Assembly: GCF_033153115.1 (NCBI RefSeq)
Contig: NW_026889763.1
Span: 12,090,001 to 12,154,000 of the forward strand
Reading direction: 5' to 3'
DNA length: 64,000 nt
Source of the DNA: Saccostrea echinata
Taxonomy: Eukaryota
Position numbers and translations under genes: made by a program. Below, piece after piece: positions 1-12,000 of this stretch (the first letter of the stretch is position 1; each line of letters opens with the position of its first letter). The notes under the pieces are model-generated. The model had not been told where the DNA came from. It ran no database searches and saw only the letters and a list, made by a program, of their open reading frames with translations.

Positions 1-3000
1 CTGAGGGTGTAGTACCCCTCCCCACGGGTGTCCCAGGATACGGCCTCACCCTGGGGTTCCTTCTTCTGTGGCACCTCCAAGGGCTCGGTCGTGTTTAGTG
101 TTGTGAGGTACTCCCTGTTATTGACCATCCAGTAATAGATCTTGTGGTGTGTCCTCAAGACAACTTCTCGACCATTGGGGGATATGTCCCCTCCTAGCGG
201 GTCCACGTCATCAGTTAGAGGAATATTCAGTGTAGTGGAGTTGGTGATGTTGTAAGATTGAGGAAATGGGAATTGTTGTGCAGTGTAGAATGCAATGGAG
301 GGTATATAGCCCACTAAGCCACGCCCTCCTTGTACCTTGGAGATCAGAATAACGTCCCCTGTGGGATCAATCATCAGTGTTTCTGTGTCGTACACATCCC
401 AGCTGTGAGAAAACAGCACTTACTAGTGTCAGGTCGATCAGAAACGAGAATGACGACAAATATACAAGGATTGATGCAAAAGTAATGTCACGTCACTTAT
501 ATTAAATCTTAAATTATTAATAAAATTTTATTTACTTGTACCTCTATTTTTCTGACTTACCTAAAAATTTCATTCAGACATATACTTTTTAAATATTCAG
601 GTAAATTTGTCACATTTCGTTTATCGTCGCACGACGACAACATTACCGACTTTAATTTGACGATACTAATATTTACAAATCTCTGTTAATACGTTTATTT
701 AATCTACACTGCAACCTCATGCTATACAACGCTCGCTTTGAGTTGTTTCATCCTTAAAATTATTCAAACATGAAACTGTTTCGAAGTTTATGTCATTCTC
801 CTGTTTTTCCTCTCATGTTAACTACGGTTTTGAGAAGATTTATAGTGGTTGTGACACTACTTTAATTTTGATCTGGAACTCTCGAATTAGTAGTATATAG
901 GTTGCTTTTAATTACTTTAAGTGAATGATAAAAAATGTAATTTTATAAACAACAGTTTTAACTATACTTATAATGAAGTTTTGCGAGGAGGGGTAGGGTG
1001 TCGTTCCCGGAAATAACCTTGGGTTCTTCTACCACGTAGATGTTCTTGACACTTCCAGCGTCTCCGTAGTTCCCGCCAACATCACCTATTTATTATAAAA
1101 AATGACATGAACAAGGTCATCTTTATAAAAAATTGCTTGGTTGCCCTCTCCCGACCGACTGGCTAAAAATGGCCCGACTCAAAACTTTTTTAAATCTCCA
1201 TGAAGCAATTATTTTTATGTATTCTGGAATATAGATTTTGAAAATTTAGCATTGAAATTGAATTTTTCTGAGAAAAAATTTTTCCTTACCTACCTACCGA
1301 CCCTATTTTGTCATCTTGAGTCTAGCTACAGATCTGTAGCTCGCTGGTCTGAAAATAATTGGGATGGACGACCAGAGAGCTACAGCGCCATCCATTGAAA
1401 AAAGTGTATATGATCTTGAGTCGGGAGACAAACAATATTTTAAAGTTGGCCCAAGCTAATTCAGAAAATTTGTTTCCCCGTTTTAGGAGAAAAGAATAGG
1501 GTGGAAGAACTGGGAAAAATATCCAGACGGAGAAAGAAAAAGATCAACCTTGACTTTTCAGCTTTTCGCATTAAAGGGGCTTGGACACAGATATGAAGTT
1601 AATATTTTTTTAAATTTTCAGTATAGTATCGTTACTTACACGTTGCTAGAGCATTTCACGCTGAAATAAAATACAAGCTGTTTAGAAACTTCATTCATCT
1701 GGAAATTTTGAAAACTACGAATTTCGGGGCGCGTTTGATTGACACATATCTTTGCATTTTTCACAAAGTAAACTTCATCCTTAATACTGGAAAAAAAAGT
1801 TGTGTATTAATGAAAAATATTGAAACTATAACCTAGGAAATTCAGAGTAGAAATGTGAGAAAGCAAAACCAACACACCGGTATTGTCAGTCCGTGCTCAA
1901 ACATGTGTGCAGAGTAAACAAATTGAACACACCCAGTAAAACGTAAACATTAACAATAACAGAGCTCGTGCCCTAATTACAAACACAGACGTTTAACGTG
2001 ATTTTAAGAAGAATTTCATTGTCGTTGAATTCTAAGAATGTTTATGCAAGTTCAATTCATTTAACTGAAGATATTTTTTGAATAAAAATAAATTTAAAAT
2101 TGTAAACAATGCAACTCTGTCCAGGCCCCTTTAAAGTCAATAAGGGTCTTTTAAAGTTTAAAGAAATTCGGAATGTACAGTAGTCGGACTAAATAGTGTT
2201 TTATTCTATATAAATTATAAAGAAATTTTTGGGAATAAAAAATGAGTTCAGAAAGTCCAGTGTGCCGGGTTGCCCAGTTGTCAGGTTGGACAGTGGGCAC
2301 TGTATTAAATTTTGCACAGCGTGAAACACAAATATCGTTTGCATCTAGTAGTGTACTGGACTTTGTTCAATGGATATAAATGTAGTTTTATGCCCAGCTC
2401 AAGTCCATGCGGTAAATTAAATTTTCTGGCGTTTTTGATATTAAATATTTGATCAAATACTATAGTATAAGAATAACTATGGTTCCAATAGGATTCTAAC
2501 AGGGTGTAAAAATATTCTGATGAAAGCATCAGCGCTAGTGCTTTTCCCAGGTGAGGTACTGACTCCTGACTAAAATCTGTTATATGGTGTTCAATTAATC
2601 AATTAATCAAGTTATGTTTTGGGAAGCAGAGGGCATTTTTACACCCTTTCCCCGTCAACTTAAATTACTCATTTTTTTCCTCCACCAAAGAGCTATTTCT
2701 GTAATTAATGTTTTTTTACCCACCAATGTATATACAAGATCCTGATCCTGAGGGACACACGCCAACAGCCATATCCTCCCAGTCATGATGAGTAGCTGAG
2801 GCAATATCGTAAACTGCTAACGTCCCACCATCCTCCGAGTCCACGGCGAAGATCCGCGCCCGGTCCCCGCTGTCATTGTGGGTGTACAGCACACCGGCAT
2901 GTAATCGGCTTGCAACTAAACCGGACGCCTCGTTTATTTGAATGTCGGTTACTGTAGCCAAGTTTATTCCGCGTCCAAATATGGGAACTGATAAAACACA

Positions 3001-6000
3001 AATTGTGCAAAAAAGAATAAAAAAACCCTTATTTTTTTTCTAAACATATTTGGTAAATTTAATCTTCTTGGCTCTAAACAAAATTGATCTTAAAGTATTC
3101 CTTATTTTTCCCCTTGTTGGGGGGTGGGGTAATCTTAAATGATATTGTTTCACATGTACCTAAAAGAGGACCCCCAGCCATTATGTTGTCTATGAAACAT
3201 TCAATAATAAATTCAAATTTCATTCCTTATTGGATGACATATGTATAGATATATTGTATGATAACTATTTTTATCGTTCCTTAATATATTAGTTTACATA
3301 TAAATTATAAAATTTGTATCATATATTGGTACAGGTATGTCAAATTGCTCAACGATCAAAGAAAAGAGAGAGGAAATACGCAGAGAACAAAAGAGAAAAT
3401 GGAAACAAAAACAAAAATTATTGAGACCAGCAAAGGAGTTGTCTCAATCTATAGCTGCTGTAAAGAAGAGGCAGCAGAGAGAGAGGCTTGCTCGGAAAAA
3501 AGAGGAAGAACGTGAAAAAAGACAACAAGCTACAGAAAGAAAGCGGAAAAGTAGGGCAGTCCTTAAGAGTAAACAGATTCAAGAGAAATTAAAGAAGGAA
3601 GAAAAACGCAAGAAAAACACAGAGAAACAAAGACGATGGCGAGAAAAGAAAAAAATACTCAAGCAACACAATCTTCCGCTCACACAAGAGGAACAACAAA
3701 TATTTCAAAATAAAATGAGCAAATCCCGTGCAATAAGAAAGTTAAAGGAAGCTCTTCCTAGGACACCTCTAAAACGTATTGCAACTGTAAAGGCGTACTT
3801 GTCCTCAAAGAAATCACCCACGGTTAAGGAACTACAGCGTAGAAAGGTTGTACCATCACCGGAAGAACGCAAAGAATTGGAAATGAATGAATCGGTTATA
3901 CAGGATGTGAAATCTTTCTTGAATTCGGTGAAATTTAAGAGGAGTGATAAGTCGCGGGAAGTCGTCGACATTCTAGCTGCATCTGTATCAGGACCATTAG
4001 TTCAAAAATCTAGGGCCAAAGTTGACCTTGCGAGAAAACTCGGAATGCCAGTTAGAAGGATCTCAAAGGGTGTTCGAATCCGACAACGAGTTTTGCATTC
4101 AGAACAATCATCCTTTGAGTTTACAAAAAGGAAAACAAGGTCAGATAAACTAACTGAAGAAGTTCAAAAAACAGTATATGAATTTTAGTGTCTACCTGAA
4201 AATTCGCGGCACACTGGAAATAAAACTGATGTCAAGCGTGTCCGAATAGGTCCAAAAACTTACTGTAGCCATGCTATTCAAATTCTAGAAAAAACACAGA
4301 GTGAACTGTTCATGTCTTTTAACCAACATTATCCTGAAATTCAGATTTCACAGAGAACATTTGAAAAATGTAAGCCATATTTTGTCCGATCTGCAAGGAA
4401 AAAGGATAGAACAACATGCTGCTGCAGGTATCATCTAGAGAGCAAGTTTTTGTTCAACGCTTTCAAGGCACGTAGAAATCAGTTGGCAAACGATGGGTTG
4501 CTGGACGAAAACACATTTAAGGTTTACAAAACAATTTCGGAATTATGTGAAGATACGATGTGCCATACGGAGGATGGAAATTTACATTTGAAAGACTGTT
4601 TAGAAAGAAGCTGTGAAAAATGCGGTGTTCATTTGCTGAAATTTTGTGACGCTGAATTAGATATGTGTGACGATTCGCCAGATGTAAACTGGAAAAAATT
4701 CGAGTATGTTGACATCAAAACAAAAAATGGCACCAAGAAGAAACTGACATTGGTAGACAAAATAACAAAGTCCGGTGAGATGATAAAGTATTTTAAGAAG
4801 GTGTTGGGGTTTTTCCCAGGTCATCATTTCAGGGCCAAATGGCAAACGGATCAGCTGAAAAATCTTGCCGAAAACTTACCGGAAAACGAATGTTTAACAG
4901 TTCATGATTTCTCGGAAAACTACCGATGTAGTGAGCAGATTGAAATCCAGTCAAACTATTTTCAACGAACTGAGGTTTCCATTCACATTTCACTGATTTA
5001 TAGACATGCTATTTTAGAAGTTGACGGTGTATCGAGCACCCCCGATGACCCTTATATTATTTGTGAACATTTTTTTCTTATTTCTCCTGACGAAAAGCAC
5101 GACCATCATTTTGTTAAATGTGTTCAGAAATTGATATCTGAATATTTGCAGTCCGTCAATTACCCGCTCTCTACAATGCATGAGTTTTGTGACGGATGTC
5201 AAAGCCAATATAAAAGCAGGAACTGTTTGGGAAATCTCGTTCATTCCGTTGACGAGCTTGGATATCAGAAAATGATACGAAATTATTTTGAAAGTAGCCA
5301 TGGTAAAGGACCACAGGATGCAGCGGGAGGTTTACTTAAGAACCAAGCTGATATGGCCGTTATCCGCGGGAAAGCTCAAATAAGATCTGCGCTTGATTTA
5401 TTTAATTTTGCAGAGGCTAAACTCAGGACACCGCGATCTCATGCCTGCAAAAGAAGAATATTTCGATATATTGAAGAAATCCCGATGTTTGAAGAGAACT
5501 TTCAGCCAATTAAAGGAATTCGAGCCGTACATCGAGCAGAAACATCTAAAGACGGGAAAATCATATTACGTAATATGTCGTGTTACTGCGACAGTTGTCT
5601 AGAAGGGGAAAAGTGTGAAAATTTACCTCAAGTTGGACTTTCCAAAGAAATGAAAATGAAGTCGAATAGCGAATCTACACATCAGGATCCTGACATTTCT
5701 GAGGAAGAATATACCGAGGCAGAAACACTCTCAGATTTTATTACTGAAGGAACAGTGTTTGCTGTTCTGTGCACAGGGGATGACGACAATGACTTTTATC
5801 TTTTACAAGCCACATCAAAGAGCAAAACTCTACGGAAAGCCAAAACAGACAAGTGGGGTGGATCGTTTGTTGCAGGGTCAACAGTCATCCACGGAAAATA
5901 TTTTGCTAAAAAGGAAAACTCAATCTTGGACTATAAGCTAATAAAACGCCCAGTAGCCATGGTTCCAAGTGCATCTTTACTGTTTATATGCCAAAATGTA

Positions 6001-9000
6001 TCTATACAAAACGAAATTCTTCACCTAACCGAAGAGGAAAATGAAGATATCCTGGAATGCGTCGATTTGTGCGTGTTAACACACTAAATTGATATTAAAT
6101 GGCATCTAAATATTTTTTAGAATTGATTTCAAACCTGTATTTTTAACAAATTTAAAGAAAGTTAATTAATACGGTAAAGAACAGTTTTGCCTGTTTTTGA
6201 CATGAACGTTTTTCACGCTACATAATAAACATATTCACTCATTAAACTTCCAGTTTCTTTTCATTTTATTTTATTTTATTTTTTTACTTTTAACATAGAA
6301 ATGGATTTAAGGGAACTCTAAATTCTAATGAAAACTTTTTTTTTTACTTTGAGATCTTTTATATAAACGTGTAGATACTTCAATTTCAACAAGGGTACTA
6401 GTACCTAGCTACAACATTCACCAAGAAAAAATATATAAAGATGTTTAAAGAAAATGAAGTATTCGCTCATGTTTACGTACATTCAATTAATGTATTCAGG
6501 GTTTTTTTGGTCAATATTACTTTCATTTTATTTCAAATTGTGTCATTTACTGAAGATTTCCATTTATTCCAACTTACATAAAAGGGCAGATCACTTTAAA
6601 TTCATAAAACATATGGATTAGAACTCTTCAGTATGCAGTTAAACCTTTATGAAAGTTTTACTAAGTCGCTGATTGATATGAGTAATTTTTACGTCCCGTT
6701 TACGTGACGTTAAACGTCATTTATAACGTTACCAAATGTGACACCAACACCGTGCGTAACGTCAAGTTTATATATGTATTATAATGTCTGTTTTTTTTTC
6801 CTCTAGTTAGGGCAATAAATAACAGTTCCAAATTTATTATTATTCAAAGGTAGAAGGAGACAGTTAATCATGTCTTTAATAATTTATCAGAAATAAGTAT
6901 GTTGTATAAGTTAGTCTGTGTGTCGTTCGACGTTCGTCAAACTTTAACATTTTCGACCTCTTTCCCAGTATCACAAGACGAATTTTAACCAGATTTGGCT
7001 TAGTAGGGATTGTTTTGACATGGAAGAATAGAATGGTTGCAGTTAGTCACATTATTCACATATCCATGTAGTGAAGATTAAAGTTTGACCAAATCATGAC
7101 CCATCTTAATAGAATTGGATCACAATAGGGGTCAAAGTTTTATATTTGGATTGTGGAATACGGTGTGATTTGGTAGAATAAAAACTTTAATAAAAATCTG
7201 TTAGCGAGATAACCGAGGGTAGAAGTCAGTACGTCGTATTGATATGCCCATACATGTAGATTTATGTTCACTAGTATTCAAAGCATACATAGGCTAGGTG
7301 AAGGCACAATATGGGATCAGCGTCTTACATACGAAGATATGGGGAAAATTCTTCAAAACTCTCTCTTTTGTAGAGCAGAGAGGCAACAATAAATATGATA
7401 GCATGTATCTCCATGTAGTTTACATTTAAGATTAATTGTCCCCTGACTAGGATGACGTCCTAAAATCATGGAATGTAAACTAATAGCTACCTTTAAGGAT
7501 TCTATCTATATGCTCTGTGAGTATATACCTATTATCTCATGAAAAAGGTTAGGTGAGCACTGTGGCCCATGGGCCTCTTGTTTTTATCCCCATTACACAC
7601 TTACTACTGGCGTTGCCATCTGGCCGGATGTTTAAGGCACAGCAGTCTTCGTTGTAGCACGCAAAAAGATGCAGAGAGTAGCACTGTTCCGAGGGACAGG
7701 AGGCGTGCAGGTCCCGAAAGCGTGGGGGAGGGGTTTTAACACATAACCAGTGTTTCTCCTGACCAGCTGACACACAGTGAAACAGGACCAAGAAAACTGT
7801 TGATAAAAGATGGTGTCCGTATAGTTTAAGGATACATAACACAAATAAAAATTTGATGCCTGGATTAATATATATTTTTTAACTGATTTCGAATAGAAAT
7901 TACATTAATAATAAATCCCTAAGATATAAAGAAATCGTAAGTTTTCTTTGGTGCTTAAATATTCGACTTTGTTTTGTTTTCTACATAATTCTATACAAAA
8001 TTTTGCACATATTTTTAACATTGCGACAAAATCTTACAAAGTTCTCCCACTTTGCCTGGTAAACATCTTTGAATATAAATCTATGAGAAATATTGCTGCT
8101 TTGTGAAAAAAGTTTGTTATTTATCCTTAAAATGCATTGAATTTAAATCGTCAAACGTAATCATACATGTAAGCCTGAGGGAGGAAAGGGATCGAGGCGT
8201 ACATGTTACCGTGATATAATGGCATATATTTCAACATGGGGAAATGCTTGGCATTTACTTTTCTCTGACTTAATCATAGTTATAATAATTATTAAATGGC
8301 AAATTCGGAGAAAAGACGCAATTTAAATTATCAGAACCCAGGTTGCAACAACTTTAGAATTAAAATATTTCGAGTTTAAGTAAGGCATATTATTTTTTCT
8401 AATTAAGCATGATTTCGCCAATAACAATCACGAATTTAACTGTGTCGTAGTTTAAAACGTATCCGGAAATGGAAGGGAGGGTAGCTGCAGGTCTGTATAG
8501 CCTACTGGTCTAAAAAAAAACATTGGTAAAGACAACCAGAGACTTTGATTCTCCATTCCCATTTTTTAGGCCAGTGAGTCACAGCAAGGGTGAGGGTTAG
8601 CAAAAAATATAATAAATTAAATGGACGAATAAATAATTCACATGTATTTTGTTCCAAAAATGTAATTTTTTGCGCCTACACCGCTATGCAGTCCCTTCAC
8701 GACGGCTTCCATATATAAGTGTAATTTAGAAATATAATATTTTTCCAATCTGAGTAAAAATACAAAAATAAGAGAGAAAAGAATATCTGTTTGTTTTGTT
8801 TCAAATTGTGCTTTCAGGTTAATGAGAAAAAGAAATATCAAGATGTTGGTTTAAATGATCTACCAAATATGTGGTCTAGTACACCGGACCCTGGTACACT
8901 TAATAATTTAGAAATACATTGTCTATTGTATGCTGATGATGTTGTTCTGTTATCAACCTCAGCCAATGGTCTTCAACAAAACCTAAACACATTAGATGAA

Positions 9001-12000
9001 TTTTGTCAAAAATGGTGTTTATATGTAAATGTTGATAAAACAAAAGTCTTAGTTTTTAATAAATCTGGTTAATTGTTGAAGAATAAATTTTTATTGAATA
9101 ATACATGTAGTATACTCGAAAATGTTACTAATTATAAATATCTTGGTGTTTATTTCACTGCATCAGGTACTTTTTCGCAGGCTAAAGATGCATTGTACAA
9201 AAAAGGTTTGAAATGTTATTTTAAGTTATGTAAAGATATTTTAGCATTTCATACTCCTGTTAAAACTAGTCTACATATTTTTGACCATACAATTAAGCCA
9301 ATACTGTTATATGGCAGCGAAATATGGGGTGTGTTTAGTCCTCATTCATCACGATTCAGAAATGGTATCTCAATTGACAATGTATATACTTTTTCAGAAC
9401 ATGACAAGCTACATTTGAAGTTTTGTAAATTTATACTGGGTGTTCATAAGAAAAGTGCCAAATTTGCAGTAATGTCAGAACTTGGAAGATTTCCGTATTA
9501 TATTGATATCATAAAATCAATGTTTTATATTGGCATAGATTGGGAAATTCTGATAACAATTCTCTTCTGTACAATGCTTTTATCAATTCCAAAACACTTA
9601 GTACAAGTAGAGACTCCTGGTTCTCTTGTATACTTGAATTTTTGAATATTTTAGAAATATCAAAAAATGCCTCCTCTTTGAGTCTATCTAAATTCAAAAT
9701 TGTCATCAATAATCAAATCCGCAAAAAGTTTATTTGCTCTTGGTTCAACTCTAAAGAAAAAAGTTCTTCTGGAAAACTGGATTCTTATGTAAAGCTTAAG
9801 AGTAATTTCCAATGTGAAGAATATTTAACATTACTGAATAACTTTGACTTTAGAAGAGGCATTACCAGATTAAGAATATCTTCTCACAGGCTAAAAATTG
9901 AAACTGGTAGATATATTGGACTAGAAAGAGATAAAAGAATATGTGAAAAATCTAATTTGAATGTAGTGGAAAATGAAATACATTTTACCATAGATTGTCC
10001 TTTTTACAAAGAAAAAAGAACCAAACTTATAAATGAAGCACAGAAACATAATAAAAGTTTTAATAGCTTAGATAGTTCTCAAAAATATTTTTGGATCATT
10101 ACATGTGAAAATATGAATGTTTTACTTCAACTTGGAAACTACCTCTCTAATCATTTAATATGACATTGTAAAGCACAACAACTTTCTATGTATGTATTTT
10201 ACTTTAACATTTTTTTTTAAATATATCTCCTTATTGATAATGTACTGCCTTTGTCTACTAATGTATCTTTCATGCCTCTCTGGGGGCCCTTGATTGAAAA
10301 AAATAAATATTGTCTATTGAATTTCAAGTCAAACCGGGACCGAACTTTCTCCCCAATTTCCCAATCAATTCATCTCCCCAATTGTAAATACCTTCTTCCG
10401 ACGCCTCTGCATGAATTGAAAAAAAAAGACTGCACAAAATGAGGGGTAGGGACACATTGCCTCTACTTTGCAAGAAATTACATTCATTACCGCTACTTTT
10501 CACCTTGATTTCAGGTGTGCATTACCGATTCATTTTATCATTTGTACATCAAGTATACCGCGACATAAACAAACCTGCTTGCGATGTATATTAATTATGC
10601 ATGGGACAAAACATGGATTCTTGTACAAGGAAGGAAAATAAACAATACGAAACAGAAAAAAAGAAATGACAAGAGGGCTAAGGGCCTTAACGGTCACCTG
10701 AGAATAATACAACACTGTAAAGGATCCATTGAAGTAAAAAATAAAACAAAATAAACTGATAAATGAAGCTATATTGCCAAAGAGCAAAAGAGGATGATCA
10801 GGGATCAACAAAATAGGTGATCTAGTACATAACTGTTAAGGTGGCTCTATCTACATATACTTGCCTGTACTTGCCCATAGGTGTCATTATCACCATGCAA
10901 AGTAACAAAACATTAGTGCTTGAGCACTATTAGTGAACCCACCTCATTCCCACATTTATAGCTTCTCTTGGTCTTTAAAGAACATTTAATATGTAAGATG
11001 ATAAGGTATTTTTGTCTCGTTTTTATTTATCTATTACTTACAATATGTCAGTGACCATTAAAACCAAATGAAAGTACTTTTTGTATTGTATATTACAAAA
11101 ATTCTCGTATAATTCTCTTATTGAATTGACCTTTCAATGACATGCATTATTTACAGTGACTACTTAATCATTGGTCAATAGTAAAGGGACATAACTTCTC
11201 TCAAAAGAATACAAATTAGTAGAGCCCTGCCAAGCATAAGAACACCTGACCAAGTGGTCCAGAATTTCATAAATTTGGGTAAAAAGGACCTTTGCTTATT
11301 TTAAAATTGTACTCTGTTTGCCTCCTAAATGCCCAGCAGCAGAGCAGGAAGATTTTCAAGGATATATGCATTTCACTATATAATCAATACAGCCATGCCC
11401 TAACACAAGAGCCCCCTGATCCAGGGACCATGAAACTTCATTATTTTGGAAGAAACTTCACTGCACATCATAACCATGCAAATAGTATGTTTACTAAATA
11501 CCCAGGAACAAAGAAGTAGATTTTAAAATAATTTATGCATTTTCACTATGTGATGATACAGAGCCCGATCCTAACTCCAGTATCCCTGACCCTGGGGTCA
11601 GGAATTTCACAATTTTAGCAGAGGGTTCAATTACAATCACGTCAATAGTTCAACTGCTTGATGTCCACGAGCAAAAAAGATTTTTAAAGGTAGAACTAAT
11701 TTTGATGGTTTTAGCCCCACACCTCAAGTCCTGGGGGCATGATATTCACAATTTTTGTTCCCCTTCACTCAAGAATGCTCTACGCCAGAGTGGGTGATAT
11801 TGGTTCAGCGGCTCCCTATGACTTTAACTTTTCAATCGTCAACTTCCCTTACTTATGCAGCAATATACCCTTTATCGCCTGCATACAGGGTTTACATATC
11901 TCAGTTGATTCGATACGCTAGAGTATGCTTTACGTATGAACAATTTCTAAAACGAGGTAAGTTATTGACAAACAAGTTGATGAAACAAGAATATCAGCAG

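Noticed and set aside
1-2987. Bacterial contamination explaining the bacterial-like protein
   Set aside because: The coding sequence is split by canonical spliceosomal introns containing host-type transposons
4186-4188. Programmed readthrough or selenocysteine recoding in the transposase
   Set aside because: The codon is TAG rather than TGA, and no readthrough context is evident; a TGG>TAG mutation or sequencing error is simpler
7860-8130. Similarity to 16465-16735 as a local segmental duplication
   Set aside because: Short, AT-rich and diverged with no coding signal; most likely fragments of an old dispersed repeat
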